Assembly (NCBI RefSeq): GCF_963921235.1 | Contig: NC_086097.1 | Location: 80,106,001 to 80,170,000, forward strand | Reading direction: 5' to 3' | Length of the DNA: 64,000 bases | From: Mobula hypostoma | Lineage: Eukaryota | Part shown: in pieces, positions 41,201 to 51,523 of the stretch | How the letters are laid out: the number at the start of each line of letters is the position of its first letter | How positions within the stretch are numbered: the first letter of the stretch is position 1 | The notes under the pieces: model-generated | The model's input: the letters and a program-made list of their open reading frames with translations, nothing else | Databases searched by the model: none | Told to the model about the DNA's origin: nothing | Program-made: the position numbers and the translations under genes

Positions 41201-41551
41201 ACTTTTTTTTTTGACTCGTTGATACAGACGACTTTCCAGAATATTTCCTTTTAAATCTGCTGCGGAAACTTTCAATAAAGAACTTTTTAAATATCATTTT
41301 CATTGAGCCTTGGGCAATAACAAACATGTTAATGTCTTTCCCGGGTATCTATTGTAATGGGTATTTGATTACGAAAACACCTCTTTAAATCCGTGGCCAT
41401 TTCAACATATTATTCCATAATCTAGTTTGTCAAGGTGCTATAATATCTGAGTCACATCTTGGCGAGCTTCTGTCGTCATTTATGACATCCACCTGTACAG
41501 AAAGCCTAAGATCTCGTATGCATAATATTAAAACAAAACTAACACTTATTT

Positions 41552-41666
41552 TAACACAAGAAATTCTGCAGATGCTGGAAATCCAGACTAACACGCGCAA
41601 AATTCTGGAGGAACTCAGGTCAACACAGCTACCTGACCTGCTGAGGTCCTCCAGCATTTTGTGTTC
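41552..41666. mobile_element. Short PLE fold-back insertion
   Basis: Minus-strand terminal piece followed by an inverted plus-strand piece (CTGGAGGAACTCAG / CTGAGGTCCTCCAG); ATTTTAACACA occurs at both ends. Confidence 0.7.
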
Positions 41667-42599
41667 ATTTTAACACACCAGTACTTTTCCAACAAGATCA
41701 AACCAAACGACTGTACGCAACGAAAGGCATTTTTTTAAAAAAATACATTTCGATTCCATCCATCAGAAACTGCTAACATAGCTCCGAGTCTGAATACAAA
41801 TCTCGCCCAATACATTCTAGTTCAGCACCAAGAACAGCAGGCCATCCACTGGGCGCCTACTACGTACATCGTTAAAACTACATCGTTGAAACTGGAACGC
41901 AGAGTATTTATACAATGCCAAAAGCAAGGTTACTCATGCTATACATTACAATCATTATATTTCCCCTCCTCCCTTAAGTAAACGTTGAAAATTGATAGGT
42001 TGCATCTTAAAATCCAAATCCACATCGGATTATTTAAAAATTCATGCCCGGGAATCCACCAATTCACATGCGCTTCGCACAAGAAAGTGACAATAAAAAA
42101 CAAACTGCATATGAAAGCGACACACGGGAACACAATCTCTCTGCCTTAAAACGCTCCGCCTTGTGATAAATATCTCCAGCTTGGCAGAACCAAGGGGTGC
42201 ACGAAAGGGTCGTGGGATTCCTACAATCACCGAACACTGCTTCACCTTCCTTCTCGCTGGGTTCACCTTTCCCACTGGTATTAGCGTCCAAACTCCAGGC
42301 CTGAGTGTATCAGCACACACCTTGGCAACAACCCAAAATAATAACTAATAACTCACGGCACAAACAATTTTCCCCTGTGCAATGTTCACGGTAACCTGGC
42401 AGGAATTTCTGCAGCCCTTATCCTTCACCCTCGGTGCGTGTGCATTGCAGCTGCAAACCTGTCGTGTGTGTATGTGTGTGGAGGGGGTGTCCATTCTCCC
42501 TCCTCCGCTTCCAAACACTAGCCCCCAAACTACAGCACTACTGACCCGGGCTTGCCCTTACGACAGCAGCCCCAATTTCCTGTCGAATGTCACCCCCGT

Positions 42600-43320
42600 T
42601 GCTCCGGGTCACTGAGGACTTGAGTGGGCCCGAAATGCTTAGGCGAGACCCCGGTCGCCGGTATACACCAGTAATATGCCGGCTACAACCTCGGGCTCAC
42701 CCCCGAATCAGCGCCAAGGCCATCGCCCGGCTGTGTGTGTGGATTGAGGTGCTGGGGGGAAGAGGAAACGAGTGCGGGGCTGAGCTGCTCCCGCCGCCGC
42801 CGCTACGGTGCTGGGTGAGGGATTGGCGGCCTCCGGCCTGGTCCCGGAGCAGCGGTCAGCCGGCCAGATCCCCAGTCGGTGCGTGTGGAGAGACGGGAGA
42901 GGCCCCACCGGTCCCAGGCTCCGGCTGCCCCGGGCCCCAGTCAGACAGGCAAAGCACAGTCTCCCGGCGCCAGCCGCAGCGGAGCAGGGCGGCATGGCGG
43001 GCGGACGGGGGTAGTGGAGAAGAGGGAAGAGAGCAGCTCTGTTACCTGTCAGCACTCCGACCCGGATCTGGTGGTCGTGGTTGGTTAGAAGTAGCCCCTC
43101 CGTCGCCATGTTCGCGAGCGCTGGGTCCGCGGGAATGCGGCGACGAGCAACGGCCGCGCACGCGAGCCAGGCAGCAGCAAACGAGCGCCGAGTACATCGA
43201 GCCGCGCCGCTTCAGCCAGGCAGAGCACGGAGTCACTGCGCACTGGCGCTTCAATCACCCACGCTCAGCGGGGACCCGGCACCGACCTACTGGGGGCAGG
43301 CATGTAGTCATTACTCAGTG
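42600..43320. promoter_or_regulatory. CpG island / GPHN promoter, 5' UTR and exon 1
   Basis: Strongly GC- and CpG-rich against an AT-rich, CpG-depleted background; spans the ATG. Milder CpG retention extends from about 40600 to 46400. Confidence 0.9.
43046..43109 (-). CDS. GPHN: Gephyrin coding exon 1 (64 nt, [21 protein letters not shown] + G)
   Basis: Translation matches the vertebrate gephyrin N-terminus (human [22 protein letters not shown]) except at residues 6-7. Strong Kozak context GCGAACATGG. Similarity ends exactly at ACAG|GTAACA, a phase-1 donor after 64 nt as in mammalian GPHN. The rest of the 133-aa ORF in the track is intronic read-through. Confidence 0.97.
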
Positions 43321-44520
43321 AGAGTTGGTACGCACACGTAGTGCTGGCACCCCCACCCACTCACTAGGAGCTGGCACCAATTCACTAGCAGTTGGCAGCA
43401 TGTGGTACCCTTTCACTGGGAACTGGCACCTACTCTCTAGAGCTGGTATCTAGTCACTCAGTGTTGATGCACAGTCATCGTCCCACTGGGTGCTGACACC
43501 CACAGTCACCCATTCACTGGGAGTTGGCAGTAAGTCACACTGAACTGGGTCCAGACATTCTTCAGCCCTCCACTTAAAAACTTCACCTACTCACTGGTAG
43601 CTGTTGCCAATCACTCTCTTACTATACCTGGCACCCGGGTACTCTCTTACTGAGAGCTTTCACCCCCAAGCACCCCTCAACAGGAGCTGATACCTAATCA
43701 TGCCTCACTTTGAACAGGTATCGGTCACTGAGATCCAAGTAAGTTGAATGTGTGTGTGTGTCCCAGTGAATGGAACCCAGCGAATTTCGACTTCCAGTAA
43801 ATCAGTGCATTTGTGCCTCAGCTCCCAGTCAGCGAATGGTTCCAGTTCTCTGTAAATGAGTGGTGGCTGGAAATCATTCGCCCTTTCTCTGGGGACTGGT
43901 GGCCGCTCATTGGTAATTGACAGTCATCCCTCACTCGTTGTTGACCACCCTCCCTCAGTCACTCATCAATGAGCGCTGCTACTTAATCCCCCTTCAGTAA
44001 ATACAGACTCAGAGGGTAGTTCCCATCGCTGGGTGTGACAATTATTCATTGGGAACACTCTTAAGTCCTTGGAAGCAAAGGCGCCTCGTTAGGAGTTGAA
44101 AAGATGAGATATCCACTCGTTCACAGGGAACTGGAACTCTCTGGGAGCTGAGGCACTCATTCATTCAGCACTGGTTCACTGGGAGCTGAAACTGGCTGGG
44201 TTCCACTCACGGTCACACACACAAACCCACAAGCCAGTTTGGAACTGAGACAAAATCGGCCTGAAACTCTACTACTCTTTCCACAGATCGTGCAGGTCTG
44301 CTGATTATTTCCACCATTTTTTTAAGATTTCCAGCATCTGTAACCCCCCCCCCCCCACACCCCCACCCCCAATTCTCACTCATTTACTCACTGGAAGCTC
44401 CAACCCTCTCGCTTATATATTAGATGGTGGAACCGAGGCATTCACCCAGTTGGACCTGAGACTCCCTCACACTTCCATTCACTGTCACAGGGAAACTGGC
44501 ATCGGTTCCTTCTCTACCGG
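43310..44520. repeat. Degenerate array of a CACTGGGAGCTGGCACC-like motif with an internal inverted repeat
   Basis: Copies at 43362, 43414, 43484, 43515 and 44177 plus weaker ones; 43751-43863 is an inverted copy of 44113-44223. Confidence 0.75.
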
Positions 44521-45484
44521 GGGAGTGGCACTGCACCAGGTTCCCGCTCACATAGTCACGAAAGACAACGGATAATTGTCTCTGCAGTGTATTATCCCCT
44601 CTTTCCCTGTCACGCTCTTTAGTTATCTTGCAACGATCTGGTCCCCCATTATTATTTGTTTAATTTGGCTTTGTTTCCATTAAAGAGGTTTCCCTCTCGC
44701 TCTCCCGCTATCATTATTTCCCTGCTTATATCTGTGTTTTTTCCATGTGTGTTCCCCGTCCTCACGAAACGAGCCGAGCACCGAGCACACGGATCTGCAA
44801 GCTGGATCGTGTGTGTTTAATTTGTGCGGCATGTTGAATATTAATTTTGCAGCTTGCCGAGATGATTGTTTTCGTGCAATGAAATTAGAGCTCAGGCACC
44901 CAAGTTCATTAATAGTACACACGTTAAGGCTACTTCTGGCGGGGTGTCTAAAACGAGACGGGAATCTCCCCTGGAATAAATAGAACATTCAGTGACACCC
45001 CCGTCGGTCTATTCGTGTTATTATTTGAGCTCCCACGGCACAGTTCAAAAATGTATTCTCCTGTAACATCTCCGTTCGGCTCCCGCTTATGAACCGCACT
45101 CACGTGCAGCTTTTTTAAAATAATGAAATCATATCTTATAAGCAATTTATAGCTTTGTACGTTGTCTTATTGGAACGCTACAATTTTGAAATCTCTAATT
45201 TGTTTTTTCGCACTGAAAAATTCCCCATCCCATTTCTATGTTATTACAGGACTCTTGGCAAGTATTTTTTCTCTGATTTTGGGCCCACTCTTTCCTTCCT
45301 TTCAACTGTTTCCCACACTATTGTTTCTTTGTTTTTTTTTATTTTCATGTGTCTTGGAATCAGTCGTGCGGTTACAGCACTTGATGATAATTTCCTTTGT
45401 TAGGTGGGAGAAGATGAAAACTTGGGTCATTGGAAGATTTGGAATGGGTTTCTCGGCCAAAGACACGGATGCAGGACTAATGCT

Positions 45485-45612
45485 TACAGGAGACATAAGA
45501 GACTGCAACTACTGGAAACCTGAAGCAACACTCAACTCAACAGCGCTGGCAGCATCCACGGAGCGAGAGGGACAGTCGACAGTTCGGGTGGACACCTTTC
45601 ATCTGGAACGGC
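45485..45612 (-). mobile_element. Old PLE terminal remnant with decayed hammerhead
   Basis: Minus strand CAGATGAAAGGTGTCCACCCGAACTGTCGACTG. Confidence 0.5.
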
Positions 45613-46104
45613 TAATGCTTACTTCCTCTTGTCCTTTTGCCGTTGCGGCAAGAATTTATAGTCCAAACAATGACAACAGTTCAGATCTGCCTGTAGGTCC
45701 TGCATGGGTGAGAGAGAAATCACGAGAATGAGTCGAGAGATTGCAACATGGAATTTAAGGCCTAGATACAAAGCAAATTTTGGTTCTGGTTATAAATAAA
45801 CAACCAGGAAGCAGAATACAAACGGACAAAAACGTATTTTTCTCGAGCAGTTAGATTTCAAAACATAATTTTGTCATTGTCTAATAGAGATTTTAAAAAA
45901 TCATACCTGAAACATCCAGTTTCAAAAACGGAGCTACGCGTTTGTCAGGTCATTTAAGTGACAAAACTTTATCTCCTTTGAACCTTGCATCATTTATTTT
46001 GCACATACCAAATTAATGTTGTCATAAATGTGGGTGGGGGGCAGCATGCTGAACTTTCTATTAGCAGAAGTATACAAAACGTAACGATTCACGGCAATCA
46101 TACA

Positions 46105-48018
46105 CAGTGGATTCCGGTTATTTGGGCCATCAGTTAATCTGTATAGCCTCTTACTTGGGCCAACTCTTAAGGAACAAAAACTTATCGAGATAATTGCAGG
46201 GATTCTCTTTATTTATTTGGGACACAATGCCACTTAATTGGGACAGCAGACAGTTGCTTAAAAGTTTCTAAATATCATCAGTCACGTGCACTGTGTGGCC
46301 GTATGTCACTACACCGCGCTTAGAGCAAACCGTTTTTAAATAGCGTAAGTTGCATGTGTTTGTGCTCAAAAAGCAGTGAATTTTGTCACTGATAGTTAGT
46401 GAGAGACAGCTATTAAGACAAGTCAAAACTGCTTTGCTCAGTGCATTTTCAAACTTTGAGGTTTAGAGATGCCAGAAATAACAGGGAGTGAAAATGTAAG
46501 GATTTCACTACTTCAGCACTACAAAAACCTTGAAGGTATGGACAATCATCTTGAATGTTACAATGAAAATGAAGATTTGGAGGATGTAATTGTTGAAAGT
46601 ATTGTATGAAGGCAAACACAAGAAACTCAGCAGGCTGGGCAGCATCAGTGGAAAAGAGTAAACAGTTGACGTTGAGCCAAGACCCTTCATTAGGACTGGA
46701 GAGAAAGTTGAGAAGTCAGAGTAAGAAGGTATGGGTATGATAGGAAGAAGTACAAGGTGGTAGGTGATAGGTGAAACCAGGAGAGGGGGAGGGAGTGAAA
46801 TAAAGATCTGGGAAGTTGACTGGTGAAAGAGATGAAGGGCTGGAGGAGGGGGAATCTGGTAGAAGAGGATAGAAGACCATAGAAGAATGGGAAGGGGGAG
46901 GAGCACCAGAGAAAGGTGATGGGCAGGTAAGGAGATAAAGTGAGAGAGCGAAACAGGAATAGGGAACAGTGAAGGAGTGGGCGGGTGCGTAATTACCAGA
47001 AGTCCAAGAAATTGATGTTCATGCCATCAGGTTGGAGGCTACCTAGATGGAATATAAGGTGTCGCGCCTCCATTCTGAGTGTGGACTCATCATGGCAGTA
47101 GATGAGGCTATGGATTGACATGTCGGGATGGGAATGGGAAGTAGAATTGAAATGGGTGGCTACTGGGAGATCGCACTTTTTCTGGCTGACAGAGCATAGA
47201 TGCTCAGCAAAGCGGTCTCCCAATCTACATTGCATCTCAATGATATCCAGGAGCACTGGATACAGTAGATGACGCAACAGACTCACAGGTCAAGAGTCAG
47301 CTCATCTGGAAGGGCTGTTCAGGTCCCTGAATGGGAGTGAGGGAGGAGGTGTCAGAGCAAGTGTGGCACTTGTTTCACCTGCAAGGACAAGTACCAGGAG
47401 GGAGATCAGTGGTGAGGGACAAGTGGACAAGGAAGTCACGTAGGGAGCAATCCCTGTAGAAAGCAGAAAGTGGGGGAAGGGGATGGAAAGATGTGCCTGG
47501 TGGTGGGATCCCATTGGAGATGGTGGAAGTTACAGAGAATTATGTGATGGACATGGAGACTAGTGGGGTTGACAAGAGGAATCCTATTCCTGGTGTGCTG
47601 GCAGGAGGATGAAATGGAAGACATGCAGGTGAGGGCAGCATTGATGGTGGAGGGAGGGAAGTCCCTTTCTTTGAAGAAGGAGGACATCTCATTAGTTCTG
47701 GAATGAAAATCATTGTATTTTTCTGCACCAGGTGTCTGTGCTGATTTCGTTCATTTACAGTCAATCAAAAGAACATGGCAGTGGACACTGGATGAATTCT
47801 TCCATTGACAACTGTTTGGAACTAATACACAGTTTTATAGTACTAGAGTAGTTGTGATCTAATTTGTTCTTTATTTCATTTAAATACATAATTCGTTACT
47901 CAGTGAGTCTTTTTAATACCTATTTAACTATTTCCATGAAATTTCAGCTAATTGGGACAGCCATATATTTGCCAAAACGTATTGGTCCCAATGTGCCCCA
48001 ATTAACCAGAATCCACTG
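46105..48018. mobile_element. Tigger-like MITE, interrupted by a PLE
   Basis: TIRs CAGTGGATTCCGGTTATTTGGG ... CCCAATTAACCAGAATCCACTG followed by TA; internal similarity to 17629-18432. Confidence 0.85.
46612..47705 (-). mobile_element. Penelope-like element 3' part (RT C-terminus, GIY-YIG endonuclease, terminal repeat)
   Basis: MSSFFKERDFPPSTINAAL; RLGDRFAEHLCSV..DLPVATHFNSTSHSH..HLIFHLGSLQPDGMNINF; decayed hammerhead at 46663-46698. Confidence 0.9.
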
Positions 48019-48349
48019 TATATATCAATTCAATAGTCAGCAATTCAGATGTGAACCTACTGTATATACATTTCAAAATAATTTTAGTTAATACAGATAA
48101 GACTTAAAAGGATTTTAATATTTCCCAGTTTCTGTCAGATGTTTGAAAATCCTCAGACTAGAGTTTAAAGGAAGGATAGCCTGGTGGGAATACTTACTAT
48201 TCAAAGTGCATTTTACACTATATTCAAAATTTATATTACTTTTTATATATTAAAATCTAATAGTATATCGAGCTTTTATCCCTTAGTACTAAACATGTGC
48301 AACATGCCTATAGTTTATACTGTTTTAATTAGTCTGTATAACTTATTTT

Positions 48350-49300
48350 CTTTGCATGTATATGAAGGAGTAAAAATCTTTACATTCAGTCACCATCTAA
48401 ATGTGCAACGTGCAATTTATAGTAATTTATAATAAATATAATGTACAACAGGACAGTCAATATAACATACAAATACAGTCGTATCAGCATGAATTAATCA
48501 GTCTGATGGCCTGGTGGAAGAAGCTGTCCCGGATATTGTTGGTCCTAGCTTTTATGCTGCGGTACCATTTACCGGATGGTAGCAGCTGGAACAGTTTATG
48601 TTTGGGATGACTTGGGTCCCGAATGATCCTTCGGCCCTTTTTACACACCTGTCTCTGTAAATGTCCTGAATAGTTTGAAATTCACATCTACAGATGCACT
48701 GGGCTGTCTGCACCACTCTCCGCAGAGTCCTGCAATTGAAGGAAGTTCGGTTCCCATACCAGGCAGTGATGCAGCCAGTCAGGATGCTCTCAATTGTGCC
48801 CCTACAGAAAGTTTTTAGGATTTGCGGGCCCATACCAAACTTCTTCAACCATCTGAGGTGAAAGAGGCGCTGTTGTGTCCTTTTCACCACACAGCTGGTA
48901 TGTGCAGACTATGTGAGAATCTCGGTGATGTTTATGCCGAGGAACTTAAAGCTGGTCACCTTCTCAACCCCAGATCCATTGATATCAATAGGGGCTAGCC
49001 TGTCTCCATTCCTCCTGTAGTTCACAACCAGCTCCTTTGTTTTTGTGGCATTGAGGGAGAGGTTGTTTTCTTGACACCACTGTGTCAGGGTCACGACTTC
49101 TTCTCTGTAGGCTGCCTCATTATTATTTGAGATTAGGCCAATCAGTGTAGTGTCGTCAGCAAGTTTAATTAGCAGATTGGAGCTGTGGGTGGCAACGCAG
49201 TCATGGGTATACAGAGAGTAAGGGAGAGGGCTTAGTACATAGCCCTGAGGGGCACCTGTGTTGAGGGTCAGAGGGGCAGAGGTAAGGGAACCCACTCTTA
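48350..49300 (-). mobile_element. Rex1/Babar LINE, 3' part
   Basis: NTGAPQGYVLSPL, KLADDTTLIGLI, WCQENNLSLNATKTKEL, ESILTGCITAWYGN. Confidence 0.92.
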
Positions 49301-49302
49301 CA

Positions 49303-49678
49303 TGTAACTGATTAGTGTATTTTCTAGTGGTTACAATATGTATATGCAATTGTTCAATGTGTTCCTTCGTGGTTACATTTGTGTGATTCTGGAAACTTCT
49401 CTGGTGTTGTAGTATTTGAATAGCAACTATGTGATTGGTTAACTCTTGTCCACAAATTTTCTTGCCTCTAGTATAAAAAGAGCGGAACACATAAGCTTAC
49501 TATTTTATTTGTTGTTCCTTTTAGTCTTTGATCTGTTCTTTGTTCTTAGCTACTAGACTTTTGCAATTCTATTTTATGAATTCCTTTGTTCATAAAGGAA
49601 TGAACCTAATAAAATGAATGCAGAGCAACAAATTTTGTGCCTCTTTCTTGACTTCTGAAAAACATTGGATTAATAACA
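49303..49678 (+). mobile_element. Probable solo LTR
   Basis: TGTAAC...TAATAACA ends; TATAAAA at ~49472; AATAAA at ~49608. No TSD identified. Confidence 0.5.
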
Positions 49679-50757
49679 TAAGAATCCAGCAATGCCTTGG
49701 CTGAACATTTAATGTAAACCCACGCCCAAGAGAAAATCACATCCTGGCAGAACTTAGTGCTAAAATAAAATACAGAAATAGGAATACTGGCAAAAATGAT
49801 TTAAAAATAAATTAGTATAATTCTATTCTGAAAAACCATCTTCCCCTTTGGAAAAAGAGTACGTCTTCATGAATGTAATAGCACTTATTCATTTTGTGAC
49901 TTCTATCACCATGAAAGATAAGGACAGCGGGTACATGAAAATGAAACCACCTGTAGGTTCACTGGAAGCCACACACCATCCGAACTTGGAAACAGATTCC
50001 TGTTTCTTCACAGAAGTATATTCACCAAAGGCACTTCCCACCACCTCAAATCCTGAAAAATTAATTGCATAAAATCACTCTCTGATCTCTTGCTGCTGTG
50101 CCTTGAAATGCATCAGAGCAGAAGGTTTGCCATCAACTTATGTATGTGCCTTTATCCTTTGATATCTGACTAGCAAGGTTTCAAATCCTACAGCATCACT
50201 CTCCAGAATTTAAGATAGTTGGCCTAGAGTTGATAGAGTAGGAGGCATATTTCAAAGTCTTTTACCCATGGCCATGAACATTAACTTTGAGGTACTATTA
50301 GCAAGAGAAAATAATTTTTTATTCATCACTTGTGCTTATAGACTGATTGCTAACTATGCTGCTAGTTATACTATTATATACTAGCATATAACTAATTATA
50401 AAATTATAAACATTCCCAAAAAATTATATGTTGAGTTTTACTTTTTTTAAGAAATATATTTTAATAAAATTGTTTATATTCTAATATACAAATTAATCTA
50501 ATCCATATGAATATAGAGTAAGGAGTTCAGTAATGTGATTCAGTATACTGTATCTGGTATTATTATATTTTGTCTTTTGTTTTATAATATGTATTCTCTT
50601 GAACTCTGTATATTTCTATATATAGAAATCAATAATAATATTGAAAAAGGAGTTTTACTTCTGGTCAGTTTATGTTGATAATCATGGTCTACTGAAGCAA
50701 CCTGGGATTAAAGGGGGGCAGAGAGTTGTTCCATTTGATAGATTGTTTAATGCAGCG

Positions 50758-51523
50758 TGTTATGTACCAGCAGCAATAGATCACAAACTGAGTCAGGTTT
50801 TAATGTTAAAACCACTATTCTTTATTAGTATCTACTCAAAATATAAAAGATTAAATGAAATAAACAGAAGTTAACAGTGATATGCATGTAAGTGTGTGTG
50901 TGGCTCCCAAACTGTCAAGCTTAGGAACAGTTCTTAAAGTCTTAAGATGGCGAAGTAGAGAAGGGTCCAGTAATCCATGAAATAAGTGAGGGGAGAGACT
51001 TGGAAATCCATGTTAAAAGGTAGAGAGAAGACGATTACGAAGAAATTCCATAGGTTCCACGCTGGGAAAATGAAATAACAGCCACCTAAAATCCTATCCG
51101 TCGAGTCGTTCCAGAACCCACGTAAAACATCACAGGGTGACAGTCACAAAATATCCCTTCTTCCAAGTGGTTACCACATAACACACCCGATTCCAGGTAA
51201 GGGTTAACAACAGTGATCCCAGAGGATATTCCAACAAAAATCTACGTGTGGATTATACGAAGTGACAGTCCCACATCCAATGCACTGTGTTCTGTTGATC
51301 AACCCAATCTTTTCAGCATGAGAAAGCATCAGAATTTACCCATTTTTACAGCAAACTCCCACTGGCAATTTGCATGTCCAAAGTCCCTCTTCTCTCTCTC
51401 TCTTTACTGCCGAAAATCTCAGCGGTCTGTCGCAGCTTGTTATACTGATATCATAGTCCCGCCTCATCCATGAGTCTCTTAAAGTGACAGTCCACATTGA
51501 ATGAAACCTCTGGGCACATAACA
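50758..51523 (-). mobile_element. Solo LTR (766 bp)
   Basis: Inverted termini TGTTATGT...ACATAACA; 4-bp flanks AGCG/AGTG (one CpG-type change); minus-strand AATAAA at ~50821. Confidence 0.8.

Larger units (their letters stand above)
1..43045 (-). other. GPHN: GPHN intron 1 (runs off the left edge of the window)
   Basis: GT donor at 43045-43044. By eye I found no sequence encoding exon 2 ([22 protein letters not shown]) in 1-43045. GPHN intron 1 is very large in mammals. Confidence 0.75.

Noticed and set aside
42708..43045. C-terminal 112 aa of the 133-aa minus-strand ORF
   Set aside because: Lies beyond the GT donor; gephyrin similarity stops at the splice site.
42587..43341. Plus-strand ORFs (244 aa and others) as an antisense gene
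   Set aside because: Stop-poor GC-rich CpG island sequence, low-complexity R/P/G/A composition and no recognisable domain.
43310..44520. Repeat/spacer-like pattern as a CRISPR array
   Set aside because: Eukaryotic context, degenerate repeats, irregular spacing, spacers that resemble each other, and no cas genes.
45162..45731. 189-aa hydrophobic ORF, and similar ORFs at 54963-55523, 56683-57393 and 58960-59351
   Set aside because: Derived from T-rich low-complexity or TE 3' UTR sequence, several crossing element boundaries; no family motifs.
50440..50650. Possible L1 3' UTR fragment
   Set aside because: AT-rich with an L1-like ending, but no coding motif to support the call.
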